A stretch of 64,000 nucleotides of DNA from an uncultured virus (IMG/VR IMGVR_UViG_3300027914_001419) (IMGVR_UViG_3300027914_001419); one strand, 5' to 3'; shown: positions 9,128 to 18,435, counted from the stretch's first letter. Notes: generated by a model from the sequence alone, not told the origin. A program made the numbers and translations.

Positions 9128-9460
9128 ATGTTCACCGCAAACCGCGAAGAGATAGAAGTTTCCAAGGGATGGATCCGGGGTGATGAGATTTACGCCGAGG
9201 CGCTGGACAACTCGGACGGCGGCATAGCGGACGCGCCCGCGACTCCGGGCTTGCTGCGGCTCCAGGTAAACGATTACCGCCCCGCTATCGACGAATGGGA
9301 TATGGACGAATTTGAGGCGCGCACGTCGTATATCTATGCCCCGGCCAATCGCCGTTGCTGGCGGGAGGCGTATCGCCGGGCGCGGAGCGTGTTGAAAGGG
9401 CCGGTCGAGATTGCCCCTGGGGTGATATTCGCAATCCCCGATCAATTGATAATCAGCTAG
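9128..9460 (+). CDS. Hypothetical accessory protein bracketed by a 27-nt direct repeat
   Basis: AAGGAGG RBS; leader duplicated at 9104-9130 and 9470-9496. Confidence 0.65.
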   Translation: MFTANREEIEVSKGWIRGDEIYAEALDNSDGGIADAPATPGLLRLQVNDYRPAIDEWDMDEFEARTSYIYAPANRRCWREAYRRARSVLKGPVEIAPGVIFAIPDQLIIS

Positions 9461-9493
9461 ACGCCGAAAGGCGAAACAAAGGAGGAAAGAGGC

Positions 9494-10108
9494 ATGGCAA
9501 GTAGAGCGATACCCGAAGGATACATGGAAGACGCCCAGGGACGGCTGGCGCCGGTGGAGATGGTCAAGGAAATCGACCTGGCGCGGGACGCCCTGGTGAA
9601 GGAGATAGCGGAACGGGCAAAGGAACTGGCCGGGCTGCTCGATTTCTTCAAGGTCCGGACGATGCAGGATATCCAGGCGTTCATTGAACTTTCCGCCGAG
9701 CGGTTCGACACCAGAATCGGCGGAGTCAAGGGAAACATCTCCCTGCGTAGTTATGACGGCCGGTACCGGGTGCAGCGGGACATGGACGAATATCTGACCT
9801 TTGACGAGCGGCTCCAGGTGGCCAAGGCCCTCATCGACGAGTGCATCCACAAGTGGGCCGAGGGGACCACGGCGGAGATCCGGGCGCTCATCAACGACGC
9901 CTTCCAGGTGGACAAGCGCGGCCGGGTCAACACCAAGAGGATATTGAGCCTGCGGCGCATCAACATCGAAGACCCGACCTGGAAAAGGGCCATGGACGCC
10001 ATTTCGGAAAGCATCCAGGTGGCGGGGTCACGGGCGTATGTGCGGGTGTACGAACGGCAGGATGACGGCTCATACCGGCAGATCGGTCTCGATCTGGCGT
10101 CGGCGTAA
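9494..10108 (+). CDS. DUF3164-family Mu-like early protein
   Basis: GYMEDAQGRL..., KGNISLRSYDG, WKRAMDAISESIQV.GSRAYVRVYER. Confidence 0.85.
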   Translation: MASRAIPEGYMEDAQGRLAPVEMVKEIDLARDALVKEIAERAKELAGLLDFFKVRTMQDIQAFIELSAERFDTRIGGVKGNISLRSYDGRYRVQRDMDEYLTFDERLQVAKALIDECIHKWAEGTTAEIRALINDAFQVDKRGRVNTKRILSLRRINIEDPTWKRAMDAISESIQVAGSRAYVRVYERQDDGSYRQIGLDLASA

Positions 10109-10120
10109 GGAGGCGGCGTG

Positions 10121-10294
10121 ATGGTGGTAACGCGTGTAAAGGAAATCGAAGGATTTGAAACGGTGGGAGCGCTCAGGGAGGCGCTCCTTGATTTGCCCGA
10201 GGACATGCCGCTGATGGGCGCCATGCTCGACCCGCCGCGGTTGACCGTCTACCGGGACGCGGAAACCGGCGATGAATTCGCCGAAATTGAGTAG
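10121..10294 (+). CDS. Small hypothetical protein (57 aa)
   Basis: AAGGAGG RBS; MVVTRVKEIEGFETVGALREALLDLPEDMP...; below the ORF-track cutoff. Confidence 0.55.
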   Translation: MVVTRVKEIEGFETVGALREALLDLPEDMPLMGAMLDPPRLTVYRDAETGDEFAEIE

Positions 10295-10302
10295 GGAGGG
10301 GG

Positions 10303-10665
10303 ATGATGGGAAACGGACGGCTGAAAGAGAAAGACGAATTGCACTACCGCAAAGGCCCCACTTCCGGCGGGTGTTCTCACTGCAATTTCTATGTGGAGAA
10401 TTTTCAGGTAAAGGCGATGGACGGCGAAGAGCTGGGCGTCGAGCCCCGCTGCGGGATGATGGGATTCGAGAACAGCGCGAGATACCGCATCAATCCCGAC
10501 AACCATTGCGACGCCTTTGACGGCAGTGTCCACCTGCTGCGACTGGCGGGACATGAGCGTTACCGCAAGGCATACGGCCCGGAAGCCTACAAGGAGGCCG
10601 TCAACGCGACCGTGTCCCGCAACCGGATGATCGAGGGGCTGCGGACGCTGGGGAAAGTTGCTTGA
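10303..10665 (+). CDS. Hypothetical Cys-rich protein
   Basis: CSHCNFY...C...HCDAF; GGAGG RBS. Confidence 0.6.
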   Translation: MMGNGRLKEKDELHYRKGPTSGGCSHCNFYVENFQVKAMDGEELGVEPRCGMMGFENSARYRINPDNHCDAFDGSVHLLRLAGHERYRKAYGPEAYKEAVNATVSRNRMIEGLRTLGKVA

Positions 10666-10741
10666 CTGCTGAAGACAGGGCCGGAGTCATCCGGCCCGCA
10701 CTTGAACAGTCAAACGAGGAAAACGGCGGACAGGGGGCGGC

Positions 10742-10936
10742 GTGAGTTGCGGCGAGTGCAAATACTTCGGCTTCAGAGGATTGACGCGGTATTGCCTTCA
10801 CCCGGACCATCCGCTGCCTATTAAGAATTGGCCGGGGAAATGCCCGGACTTTATTGATATTGAAAAGAAGATCATGCCGGGCAAGCCGCAACCGTGGCCG
10901 GAACCGGTGGACCTTATTGATATGGAGCCAAGATGA
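10742..10936 (+). CDS. Small Cys-rich hypothetical protein
   Basis: CGECKYF...C...CPDF; stop overlaps the next ATG. Confidence 0.5.
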   Translation: MSCGECKYFGFRGLTRYCLHPDHPLPIKNWPGKCPDFIDIEKKIMPGKPQPWPEPVDLIDMEPR

Positions 10937-11748
10937 AACTGACCTGCCCCGCGTGCCATACCATCTTTCACCTCGAATCGGCCATGGAAGAGGCCGCCGG
11001 CCGGGAGTTCACGGCCTTTGTGTGCGGCCTGGGCGAGCTGGCCCGGCCGCTGGTGGCCTACCTCGGCCTGTTCCGCCCCCCGTCAAGGGCGCTGGCCTAT
11101 GACCGGATGCTGCGGCTGGCGCGGGAGGCGGTGGAATTGACATCCGACAACATGAGACTGGCGGCGGCGCTCTCGGAAACGGTGGAGGCGCTCAGGCAGA
11201 AGCGGGACGCCGGAACCGTGCAGCCGTTGAAGAATCATAATTATCTGAAGAGGGTGCTGGAGAACACCTGCCCCGGCCCGCCGGCCATGACCGCGGCCAC
11301 CTCCGCCGCCGAAGCCGGGTTCAACCCCACTTTAAGAAAGGGGGGTGGCGAAGCCGGGGGGATTTCCAAAACCGCGCGCGCCATGACCATGCTGGAAGAA
11401 TGGGCCGGAGGGGACTGGCTGCGGCAGGGAATAGCCGCCGGGCTGGCCGCGTGTCTCGCCCAGAACCTGCGCTCACAGCCTGCCTCCGAGATCATAACCA
11501 GGACCGCGGATACCTGGCGGCTGGCGCTCAACTCCCGGCTTACCATCGAGGAAATAGATCGGCCCCGGCTGGTTCGCGCGTTCGAACTGCTCCTGCCGAC
11601 GCTGGAGGAATGGCCTGTCCCCCGCCGCCTGGTGGATCTGCTGCCAGAGAGGCCGCAACGGCGCAAACTCCCCCTCCCGGAAATATCGGAAGAACAACGG
11701 GGCGAGAATCTGGAGAGGCTCAACCAACTGCTTGAAAAGTGGAGCTAA
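10933..11748 (+). CDS. Conserved Mu-like hypothetical protein (Zn-finger N-terminus)
   Basis: CPACH..., YLGLFRP, PLKNHNYLKRVL; contains an in-frame palindromic insert at 11325-11365. Confidence 0.7.
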   Translation: MKLTCPACHTIFHLESAMEEAAGREFTAFVCGLGELARPLVAYLGLFRPPSRALAYDRMLRLAREAVELTSDNMRLAAALSETVEALRQKRDAGTVQPLKNHNYLKRVLENTCPGPPAMTAATSAAEAGFNPTLRKGGGEAGGISKTARAMTMLEEWAGGDWLRQGIAAGLAACLAQNLRSQPASEIITRTADTWRLALNSRLTIEEIDRPRLVRAFELLLPTLEEWPVPRRLVDLLPERPQRRKLPLPEISEEQRGENLERLNQLLEKWS

Positions 11749-11760
11749 GGAGGCTTGAAT

Positions 11761-12264
11761 ATGTCTTCAACGCGGCATAAACGGAACAAGAAGCCCGCCA
11801 CTCCCCAAGACCGGCGCAAGGCCGAGCTGGCGCGAATCCACATCGCCAAGGCCGAAAAAGGGATGAGCGACGATGAATACCGCTATATGCTGAACACCGT
11901 GGCGGGCGTCACCAGCGCCGCCGATCTGGACGCCAAGGGGCGCCGGGCGGTGCTGGAGCATCTGTGCGGAAATCCCCCCCGGCCCCCCTTTCATAAAGGG
12001 GGGAGTTGCTACCCTGGGCGGCCGAAGAATATGGACATGCCGGATCGCAAAGCGCAACTGGATAAGATTGAGGCGCTTTTGACCGTCGGCGAAAAGCCCT
12101 GGAACTATGCCCACGCCCTGGCGCGAAAAATTTGCCGCACACAGGACGGGGCGCCCATAGACAGTCTTGGCTGGGTACCCACGGAGCAGCTTTACAAGAT
12201 CATCACCGCCCTGCGCAAGCAGGCCATGCGCGAGGGGTGGGATCTGAGCGGGGAAAAACGATGA
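11761..12264 (+). CDS. gemA: GemA / Mu gp16-like regulator
   Basis: LARIHIAK...MSDDEYRYML...GVTSAADL, KIEALL...WNYA; upstream of mor. Confidence 0.85.
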   Translation: MSSTRHKRNKKPATPQDRRKAELARIHIAKAEKGMSDDEYRYMLNTVAGVTSAADLDAKGRRAVLEHLCGNPPRPPFHKGGSCYPGRPKNMDMPDRKAQLDKIEALLTVGEKPWNYAHALARKICRTQDGAPIDSLGWVPTEQLYKIITALRKQAMREGWDLSGEKR

Positions 12265-12866
12265 AACAGGAGTTCATGGAAAAATACCCGGAGCTCTTGG
12301 AAGACGCCTGGCGGAAACTTTCCGCGCGCCTTCAGGAAGCCGGACATGAGCGAGGCAAAGCCGACGAAGCCGCGTTCCGGATAACCGAATACCTCCGCAC
12401 GGAGTGGAGCGGACGAATGCTCTACATCCGCAAACGGCGGGATGAGTCCGTTGAGAGACAGGAGGACCTGTTCGAGGGCGAGGCCGCGCCGCCGCGGGAG
12501 GAGGCCACGTCGAACGCCCTCACCGCCGGACAGCTCGCGGCCATGGCGCGGCGATTTTCGGAGATCCTCGGCGAGGATGACCCGGACCGGGCCGCCGGTC
12601 TGGGCGCCGAATTGCTGGAACTGCTGCGGGCCGACTGGTCAGGGGAGCTGGTGTATATCTCCCAGGGCCGCGACTATGAAATCACCCTCCGGGATTATGC
12701 CCTGTGGCGGGAGTGGGACGGAACGTACTGCTCCAAGCTGCGGCTGATGAGCAAATACGAACTGGGCGAACAGGCTTTCTACGCCGCTATCCGGCGCATC
12801 AGGAAGGCGCATTTCAAGCGGACCCAGCCGGCGTTGCCGGGGGTGGAGACCGCCAGTGAAAATTAG
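12261..12866 (+). CDS. mor: Mor/C-family transcription activator with a duplicated N-terminal (dimerisation) domain
   Basis: YPELLE...LRTEWSGRMLYI repeated as LRADWSGELVYI, followed by RDYALWREWDG...LMSKYELGEQAFYAAIRR (HTH). Confidence 0.8.
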   Translation: MKQEFMEKYPELLEDAWRKLSARLQEAGHERGKADEAAFRITEYLRTEWSGRMLYIRKRRDESVERQEDLFEGEAAPPREEATSNALTAGQLAAMARRFSEILGEDDPDRAAGLGAELLELLRADWSGELVYISQGRDYEITLRDYALWREWDGTYCSKLRLMSKYELGEQAFYAAIRRIRKAHFKRTQPALPGVETASEN

Positions 12867-12868
12867 TA

Positions 12869-12897
12869 TTGACAAAACAATCGGTTCCGCTAATACT
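12869..12897 (+). promoter_or_regulatory. Promoter of the c4-like/antirepressor operon
   Basis: TTGACA followed by TAATACT after 16-17 nt. Confidence 0.65.
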
Positions 12898-12982
12898 TGC
12901 GCTCAAGTGGCGTCGAAACCACGAGCCAATGGACGGAACCGCAGCGAACTGCGGCATTTTTGCGCCCACAGATTGAAAGGAC

Positions 12983-13063
12983 TGTCGGGTGGCCAGGGCT
13001 ATACAACACCCTTCGGGGGAAATCCCTGGGCCGTTTCCATTGACGGTTTCGAACCGCCCGGCG
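12983..13063 (+). ncRNA. c4-like antisense RNA (cloverleaf)
   Basis: Closing stem TGTCGGGTGG/CCGCCCGGCG; arms CCAGGG/CCCTGG with CCC-TTCG-GGG, and GCCGT/ACGGT. Single-stranded TTCCATTG and TTTCGAA are complementary to flanking CAATGGA and TCGAAA sites. Confidence 0.7.
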
Positions 13064-13105
13064 CCTTCGAAAGCGCCATCTTCGAAAAAACAATGGAGAC
13101 CAATC

Positions 13106-13402
13106 ATGAAAACCGCACGCTCTGCGCCCTCCGTGGCGCATCCCCGCGTCATCCGGCTCGCCGCTCACCGTCCGCCATACACCGCCGACCAACTTATCAC
13201 CGAGGCCCGCAGCAACTACACCGACCCCGCTTCCGACGCATTCGATACTATCCGGTCGCTCCCCGAGATGCTCCCCGCCATCCTTGATCTTATCCTGGCC
13301 GAATTCGATTATCGCGCCAACAAGACATCAAAAATGGCGGTCGGCTGCCGGGGGCTGGCCGCACTTTCCGCCCGGTTCATCGACATCTTCGACGAAGTTT
13401 AG
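13106..13402 (+). CDS. Hypothetical protein at the icd-equivalent position
   Basis: Its GGAG RBS lies within the predicted antisense target CAATGGAG (13091-13098). Confidence 0.6.
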   Translation: MKTARSAPSVAHPRVIRLAAHRPPYTADQLITEARSNYTDPASDAFDTIRSLPEMLPAILDLILAEFDYRANKTSKMAVGCRGLAALSARFIDIFDEV

Positions 13403-13417
13403 AAAGGGAGGTTAATC

Positions 13418-14026
13418 ATGGCACACGCAATCATTCCATTTCCACAGGACGCAGTAATTCTCAAGGACGGCCACGCCGTCACCACCAGTCTTAAGGTTGC
13501 CGAGGTGTTTGGCAAACAGCACAAGCATGTCCTCCGGGCGATAGAAACCCTTGAATGCTCTGAGGAATTCGGCCGGGCCAATTTTGGGCCGGCGAACTAC
13601 CTGGATAAACAAGGCAAACCCCGGCCCATGTACAACGTGTTCAGGAACGGGTTAGTCTGGCTGGTCATGGGCTTCACCGGCCCGGAAGCGGCACGATACA
13701 AAGAGGCTTACATTCGGGCCTTTGACATGATGGAGGGAAAGCTGAAAGAGCTGCAAACGCTCCCCGAGCCGCGCGAAACGGTGACGATGGATAAGGTCGA
13801 GGCCGACAATCTGAAACTCCGGGTCGAAAACGCCGAAATGAGGCTGGCGCTCCTCACAGGACAGACCCCGCCGCGCCGTCGTAACTGGCAAACGGAAGAA
13901 GTGTCGCAGCTGATTATCTTGACCCGGCAAGGGCTGAAGTCCAAGGGCATAGGCGAGAAACTGGGGAGGTCCCCTGATTCGGTGGAAACCAAGCTGCGGG
14001 AGCTGCGCGCCAAAAACATATTGTAA
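13418..14026 (+). CDS. rha: Rha-family regulator/antirepressor with a C-terminal HTH-like domain
   Basis: TTSLKVAEVFGKQHKHVLRAIE...Y.DKQGKPRPMY...LVMGFTG.EA.RYKEAYI.AF. Confidence 0.9.
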   Translation: MAHAIIPFPQDAVILKDGHAVTTSLKVAEVFGKQHKHVLRAIETLECSEEFGRANFGPANYLDKQGKPRPMYNVFRNGLVWLVMGFTGPEAARYKEAYIRAFDMMEGKLKELQTLPEPRETVTMDKVEADNLKLRVENAEMRLALLTGQTPPRRRNWQTEEVSQLIILTRQGLKSKGIGEKLGRSPDSVETKLRELRAKNIL

Positions 14027-14104
14027 CCCAAGCAATAACGCCACAAGGCTGACCACTTCATGTGGTCGTGCCGCCGGGTCAACCAGCGGCAGAAAGGAAC
14101 TGGA

Positions 14105-14401
14105 ATGAAAAAACCAATAGATCAAGTCCGACAGGTGCTGATGAACGAAATGGGCCTTACTCGGGAGATGGTGCGGGAAGTGACCGAATCCATTGTGCGG
14201 GAAACCGTGGAAAAGCACATAAACCGCATACTTGATAACGGAAAAGTACTGACCGCTCTTATTGAGGCAGCAAACGAAACTCTCCGCCGCGAATCCGACA
14301 AACAGTTCGGCGGCTTTACGATGGAAGGGCTTGTTCTTAGGGCCGCAAAAGAAGTTACTGAGCAATTCGTCAAAGACCATCTGCGGGTTGTAGGGGTCTA
14401 A
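14105..14401 (+). CDS. Hypothetical protein
   Basis: 98 aa helical ORF with AAAGGA RBS. Confidence 0.55.
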   Translation: MKKPIDQVRQVLMNEMGLTREMVREVTESIVRETVEKHINRILDNGKVLTALIEAANETLRRESDKQFGGFTMEGLVLRAAKEVTEQFVKDHLRVVGV

Positions 14402-14464
14402 CACCCCCCGCCGCTGAGCGGCTTGCCCGCTCGTGCGGCACGTTATCCCCCTCTTTTCCCCTCA

Positions 14465-14495
14465 AGGCCCGCCTCCCCGGCGGGCCTTTCTTTTT
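14465..14495 (+). terminator. Rho-independent terminator ending the early/middle region
   Basis: AGGCCCGCC-TCCCC-GGCGGGCCT followed by TTCTTTTT. Confidence 0.8.
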
Positions 14496-14539
14496 ATAAA
14501 AGCCCCTACTATCAAACAGTAACGTATCCTCGCTATGTT
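14492..14539 (+). promoter_or_regulatory. Putative Mor/C-activated late promoter (Plys-like)
   Basis: TTTTATAAAAGCCCCTACTATCAAAC, nearly repeated at 22179-22205 upstream of the protease gene. Confidence 0.6.
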
Positions 14540-14683
14540 ATCCCCGCCATTTGTTTCTCTCCTTTGGTTGCGGCGGTTCTTACCGGGTCTTGCCGCATTG
14601 TCCCCGGTGGCAGCCGGGGCGGGATGAGAGGGGTTCCTTGCCCGTCCTCCTCTCATCCCTCAATTCCACATTCAGGAGCATCC

Positions 14684-15163
14684 ATGCCCTTACCCGCGAA
14701 CCTCGAAGCCGTCGCCGAACTGGCGGCGGAAAACCACCGGCTGCCCGCCGGTCTGGTCAAGGCCATCATCCAGGTTGAAAGCGGCGGAAACACCTACGCC
14801 ATGCGCTACGAGCCCGCCTTTCTCAAACGCTACATCCCCGAGAAGCCCCAACGGTTCGGCTGCGCCTCCCTGGAGACCGAGCGCCAGGCCCGAGCCACGA
14901 GCTGGGGCCTGATGCAGATAATGGGAGAGGTGGCCCGCGAACTGGGGTGCAAGGAGCCGTTTCTCTCCACCCTGTGCGACGCGGTGACCGGCATCCATTA
15001 CGGCTGCCTGTTGCTATCGATGCTGCGCGACCGTTATCTGGACCGCTACGGCTGGGACGGCGTCATCAGCGCCTACAACCAGGGAAGCCCGGAGAAGGAT
15101 AAAAAAAGCGGCATATACCGCAACCAGGGATACGTGATGAAGGTAAGGAAGTATTTCAGATGA
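14684..15163 (+). CDS. Endolysin, lytic transglycosylase (SLT)
   Basis: AIIQVESGGN, SWGLMQIMG, ISAYNQG; AGGAG RBS. Confidence 0.9.
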   Translation: MPLPANLEAVAELAAENHRLPAGLVKAIIQVESGGNTYAMRYEPAFLKRYIPEKPQRFGCASLETERQARATSWGLMQIMGEVARELGCKEPFLSTLCDAVTGIHYGCLLLSMLRDRYLDRYGWDGVISAYNQGSPEKDKKSGIYRNQGYVMKVRKYFR

Positions 15164-15182
15164 AAGATCAGGAGGTCTGGCT

Positions 15183-15674
15183 ATGAATCGAACCGCCCTA
15201 CTTATGAAACGAACCGCCCTGTTTATCCTGCTTTGCCTGTCCTTTTCCGCCGCCGCCTGTGCCGCCGAATCGCCGGGAGGCGCGCCCGGCGCCCTGGCGG
15301 GCCTGCTGCAAGGCACGGTCTTCCCGTTCGTCACCTCTCTGTTCATGGCGATTGTGAGCGTCTTTCTCGACCGGCTGGGCCGGAAGTACCAGATAGAGAC
15401 CCTGACGAAGCGGAACAACATCCTGGAACAGCTCGCCTTTCAGGGGATCACCCTGGCGGAGGAGACGGCGGCGCGGATGCTGAAAAGCCGGGTGAGCCTC
15501 ACCGGCCGGGAGAAGCTGGACATGGCCATCGGGCACGTGTGCGCGGCCATGCCCAAGGTGAGCAGGGAACAGGCGGAAGCGGTGGTCAACGCTCTGCTGG
15601 CGCAAACACCCGGAGTCGGCGCGCTCAAGGGCGAGGCCATCGGCGGCGTGCCGGGCAGGCTGCCGGAGGAGTAG
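15183..15674 (+). CDS. Holin-like membrane protein
   Basis: Signal/TM segments and a GREKLDMAI motif; follows the endolysin. Confidence 0.55.
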   Translation: MNRTALLMKRTALFILLCLSFSAAACAAESPGGAPGALAGLLQGTVFPFVTSLFMAIVSVFLDRLGRKYQIETLTKRNNILEQLAFQGITLAEETAARMLKSRVSLTGREKLDMAIGHVCAAMPKVSREQAEAVVNALLAQTPGVGALKGEAIGGVPGRLPEE

Positions 15675-15678
15675 CGTC

Positions 15679-15930
15679 TTGGCCGATGAGATGGACCGCG
15701 CCCAGGCGAACGACGAGTTTTTCCTGGGGCTGGCGCTGAGAAACCGTGGTCCGTCGCCGGTGTCCGTTGAAAACCTGAACCCGCCTTTACGGACCACGGA
15801 CACGGACAACGGACAACGGCTCTGCATCGATTGCGGCGAGCCCATACCGGCGGCGCGGCTGAAGGCGGCGCGAGGCGCTCTCCGCTGCGTCTCCTGCCAG
15901 GGTGAGATGGAGAAAGGGAGGAGACAATGA
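15679..15930 (+). CDS. TraR/DksA C4 zinc-finger protein with an in-frame palindromic insert
   Basis: MADEMDRAQ...CIDCGEPIPAARLKA....RCVSCQ. Confidence 0.88.
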   Translation: MADEMDRAQANDEFFLGLALRNRGPSPVSVENLNPPLRTTDTDNGQRLCIDCGEPIPAARLKAARGALRCVSCQGEMEKGRRQ

Positions 15931-16283
15931 CACCGGATCAGATAATGGCCGTCAAGGCCACCGCCGACATACTGAAACAGCTGGGGGCGATGCCTTTGTC
16001 CGCCCTGCTCTCCCTGATGGTGTTCGCGCCGTGGGGGGTGCTGTTTCTGGTCTCGTGGAACCAGAGCCGCCGCTTCGAGGCGGTGGTGAAGATGTACGAG
16101 GCCAATATCGAGCTGGTGAAGAACTACAAGGAGCTGGTGAACGGCTACCGGAGCATCGTGGACAACCAGCAGGAGCTGATCATCCACGCCACCCAGACCC
16201 TGACCCAGGTAAAGGACATCACCATGAACAACCTGTTCTGCCCTCTGGTGCGCAAGGACAAGAAAGTGGAGGCCCACATATGA
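15927..16283 (+). CDS. Membrane protein (lysis/packaging region)
   Basis: TM segment plus coiled coil; coupled start and stop. Confidence 0.6.
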   Translation: MTPDQIMAVKATADILKQLGAMPLSALLSLMVFAPWGVLFLVSWNQSRRFEAVVKMYEANIELVKNYKELVNGYRSIVDNQQELIIHATQTLTQVKDITMNNLFCPLVRKDKKVEAHI

Positions 16284-16531
16284 GCGTGATCATGCAGCTG
16301 AAAGGCGCCCTGGCGGAAAAGAAGCAGGTCCGCATGGACCTGTCCGTGCGCATCGACGCCAAGGTAAAGGCGGTCAAGGACCTGCTGGCGGTGTCCGCCG
16401 TGACGCCGGTGGCGGAACTGGACCTGGAGGCCTCGGCCCTGTTCGTCTATGAGGCCCTGGAGATGCAAAAGGAATTGAAGGGGGTGTTACAGGACATTGA
16501 ACGCCTCAACAAGGAGCTGGGAAATGGGTGA
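16280..16531 (+). CDS. Hypothetical coiled-coil protein
   Basis: ATGA overlap, GGAGG RBS. Confidence 0.6.
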   Translation: MSVIMQLKGALAEKKQVRMDLSVRIDAKVKAVKDLLAVSAVTPVAELDLEASALFVYEALEMQKELKGVLQDIERLNKELGNG

Positions 16532-17099
16532 GTCCGCCCCCGGAAAACAGCGGGCCATGGTCCGCCGCCACAGCCGGGTGCTGACCGACCTGCCCGCCGA
16601 AACGCGGGCCGAGGTGGACCGGCTGCTTTTGGAGCCGGGCATTACCTATGAAGACATCCGGGGGTTTCTGGCCGGCAAGGGGTTCGATATCTCCCATTCG
16701 TCCATCGGCCGCTACGGCAAGGAATACCTGCTCAGTTATCAGCGGCTGAAGATAGCCATCGACCAGGCCAAGGCGATGAAGGGGGAAATCGGCGAGGGGC
16801 TGGCGCTGGAAGAGGCGGTGGCGAATCTGGCCCTGCAACAGGTCATGGAAGGCCTGGTGAAGGGGGAGATCAACGCCGCCGAAATACCGAAACTGCTGGG
16901 GCAGATAGGCCAGCTACAGTCTTCCAGCGTGCGCCGGGAGCAGTTCAAGGCGGAGGTCAAGGAAGAGGTCCGCCGCCAGGCCCTGGCCGAGGCGGCGGAA
17001 AAGGCGGGCGAGGCGGTGGACGCGGCCGCCGGAGAAAGCGGCGGCAGGATGACCGCCGAAGACTTCAAGCGGATACTCCGGGAGACCTATGGTGCGTAA
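16524..17099 (+). CDS. Mu gp27-like (DUF3486) putative terminase small subunit
   Basis: SRVLTDLPAETRAEVDRLL...GFDISHSSIGRYGK; directly upstream of TerL. Confidence 0.8.
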   Translation: MGESAPGKQRAMVRRHSRVLTDLPAETRAEVDRLLLEPGITYEDIRGFLAGKGFDISHSSIGRYGKEYLLSYQRLKIAIDQAKAMKGEIGEGLALEEAVANLALQQVMEGLVKGEINAAEIPKLLGQIGQLQSSSVRREQFKAEVKEEVRRQALAEAAEKAGEAVDAAAGESGGRMTAEDFKRILRETYGA

Positions 17100-18435
17100 C
17101 GTCCTTTTCCTTCCCTATCAGGTGCGCTGGCTGGAGAACGATTCCCGCTTCAAGATAGCCATGTTCGCCCGCCAGACCGGCAAGACCTTCACCACCACCT
17201 ACGAGATCGCCCGCGATTGCCAGCTGGCGGAGCTGGAGGGGAGAAAGGCCCGCTGGGTGATCCTCTCCAGGGGAGAGCGGCAGGCCAAGGAGGCCATGGA
17301 CGAAGGGGTCAAGCCCCACTGCAAGGCCATGGGGAGCATTATCAAGGCCTCCGAGTATGACTGGAACGGCGGCGAGGCCCGATACAGGGCGCTGGAAGTG
17401 GAGTTTCCCGGCGGCTCGAAGATAACCGCCCTGCCCGCCAACCCGGACACGGCGCGCGGCTTTTCCGCCAACTGCTTTCTGGACGAGTTCGCCTTTCACG
17501 CCGACAGCCGGAAGATCTGGTCCGCCCTCTTCCCGGTCGTCTCCAAGGGGTGGAAGCTGAGGGTGGTGTCCACGCCCAACGGCAAGGGAAACAAGTTCTA
17601 TGACCTGATGACCACCGAAAGCGGCGTCTGGCACCGGCAGATCACGGACATCTACCAGGCGGTGGCGGACGGCCTCCCCCGGAACATCGAGGAGCTGCGG
17701 GCCGGGTGCGGCGACGAAGACGCCTGGGCTCAGGAATTCGAGCTGAAATGGCTGGACGAGGCGAGCGCCTGGCTATCCTACGAGCTGATAACCGCCGTGG
17801 AAAACGAGCTGGCCGGGCAGCCGGACCAGTACGCGGGCGGCCCCTGTTTCGTGGGGGTGGATATCGCGGCGCGGGGCGACCTGTTCGTTATCTGGGTGGC
17901 GGAGGCGGTGGGAGACGTGCTGTGGACGCGGGAGATTGTGGCCCGCAAGCGCATCAGCTTCGCCGAACAGGACGCGCTCCTGGACGAAGTGTTCCGCCGC
18001 TACCGGGTGGCCCGCTGTTGCATGGACCAGACCGGCATGGGCGAGAAGCCCGTGGAGGACGCGCGACGCAGGCACGGAACGAGCCGGGTGGAGGGGGTGC
18101 TGTTCAGCGGCCCCAACAAGCTCACCCTGGCGACCCTGGGCAAAGAGGCGTTCGAGGACCGGAAGATCCGGATTCCCCAGGGAGACGCGGCCTTGCGGGC
18201 CGACCTGCACAAGCTCAGGAAGATAACCGGCCCCACCGGGTCGCCCCGCTTCGTGGCGGAAAGCGATTCCGCCGGCCACGCCGACCGGACGTGGGCCTGC
18301 TTTCTGGCCGTTAACGCGGCCGGGACCGGAGCCGCCCAGTACGCCTATCACCCGGTGACGAAAAAAGAGATTGAAGACATGCCCCGGCCGATCCGCGCAA
18401 CCGCCGGGTTCGGCAGACAGAAAGGACTCTGGTGA
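17089..18435 (+). CDS. Terminase large subunit (Mu gp28-like)
   Basis: LPYQ, ARQTGKT, FLDEFA, STPNG, GVDIA, DQTGMG and HADR motifs. Confidence 0.95.
   Translation: MVRNVLFLPYQVRWLENDSRFKIAMFARQTGKTFTTTYEIARDCQLAELEGRKARWVILSRGERQAKEAMDEGVKPHCKAMGSIIKASEYDWNGGEARYRALEVEFPGGSKITALPANPDTARGFSANCFLDEFAFHADSRKIWSALFPVVSKGWKLRVVSTPNGKGNKFYDLMTTESGVWHRQITDIYQAVADGLPRNIEELRAGCGDEDAWAQEFELKWLDEASAWLSYELITAVENELAGQPDQYAGGPCFVGVDIAARGDLFVIWVAEAVGDVLWTREIVARKRISFAEQDALLDEVFRRYRVARCCMDQTGMGEKPVEDARRRHGTSRVEGVLFSGPNKLTLATLGKEAFEDRKIRIPQGDAALRADLHKLRKITGPTGSPRFVAESDSAGHADRTWACFLAVNAAGTGAAQYAYHPVTKKEIEDMPRPIRATAGFGRQKGLW

Noticed and set aside
12856..13287. 143-aa ORF across the c4-like region (Ash-like reading)
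   Set aside because: It begins upstream of the promoter and runs through the structured RNA; the RNA interpretation explains the sequence better, though a translated Ash-type peptide is not excluded.
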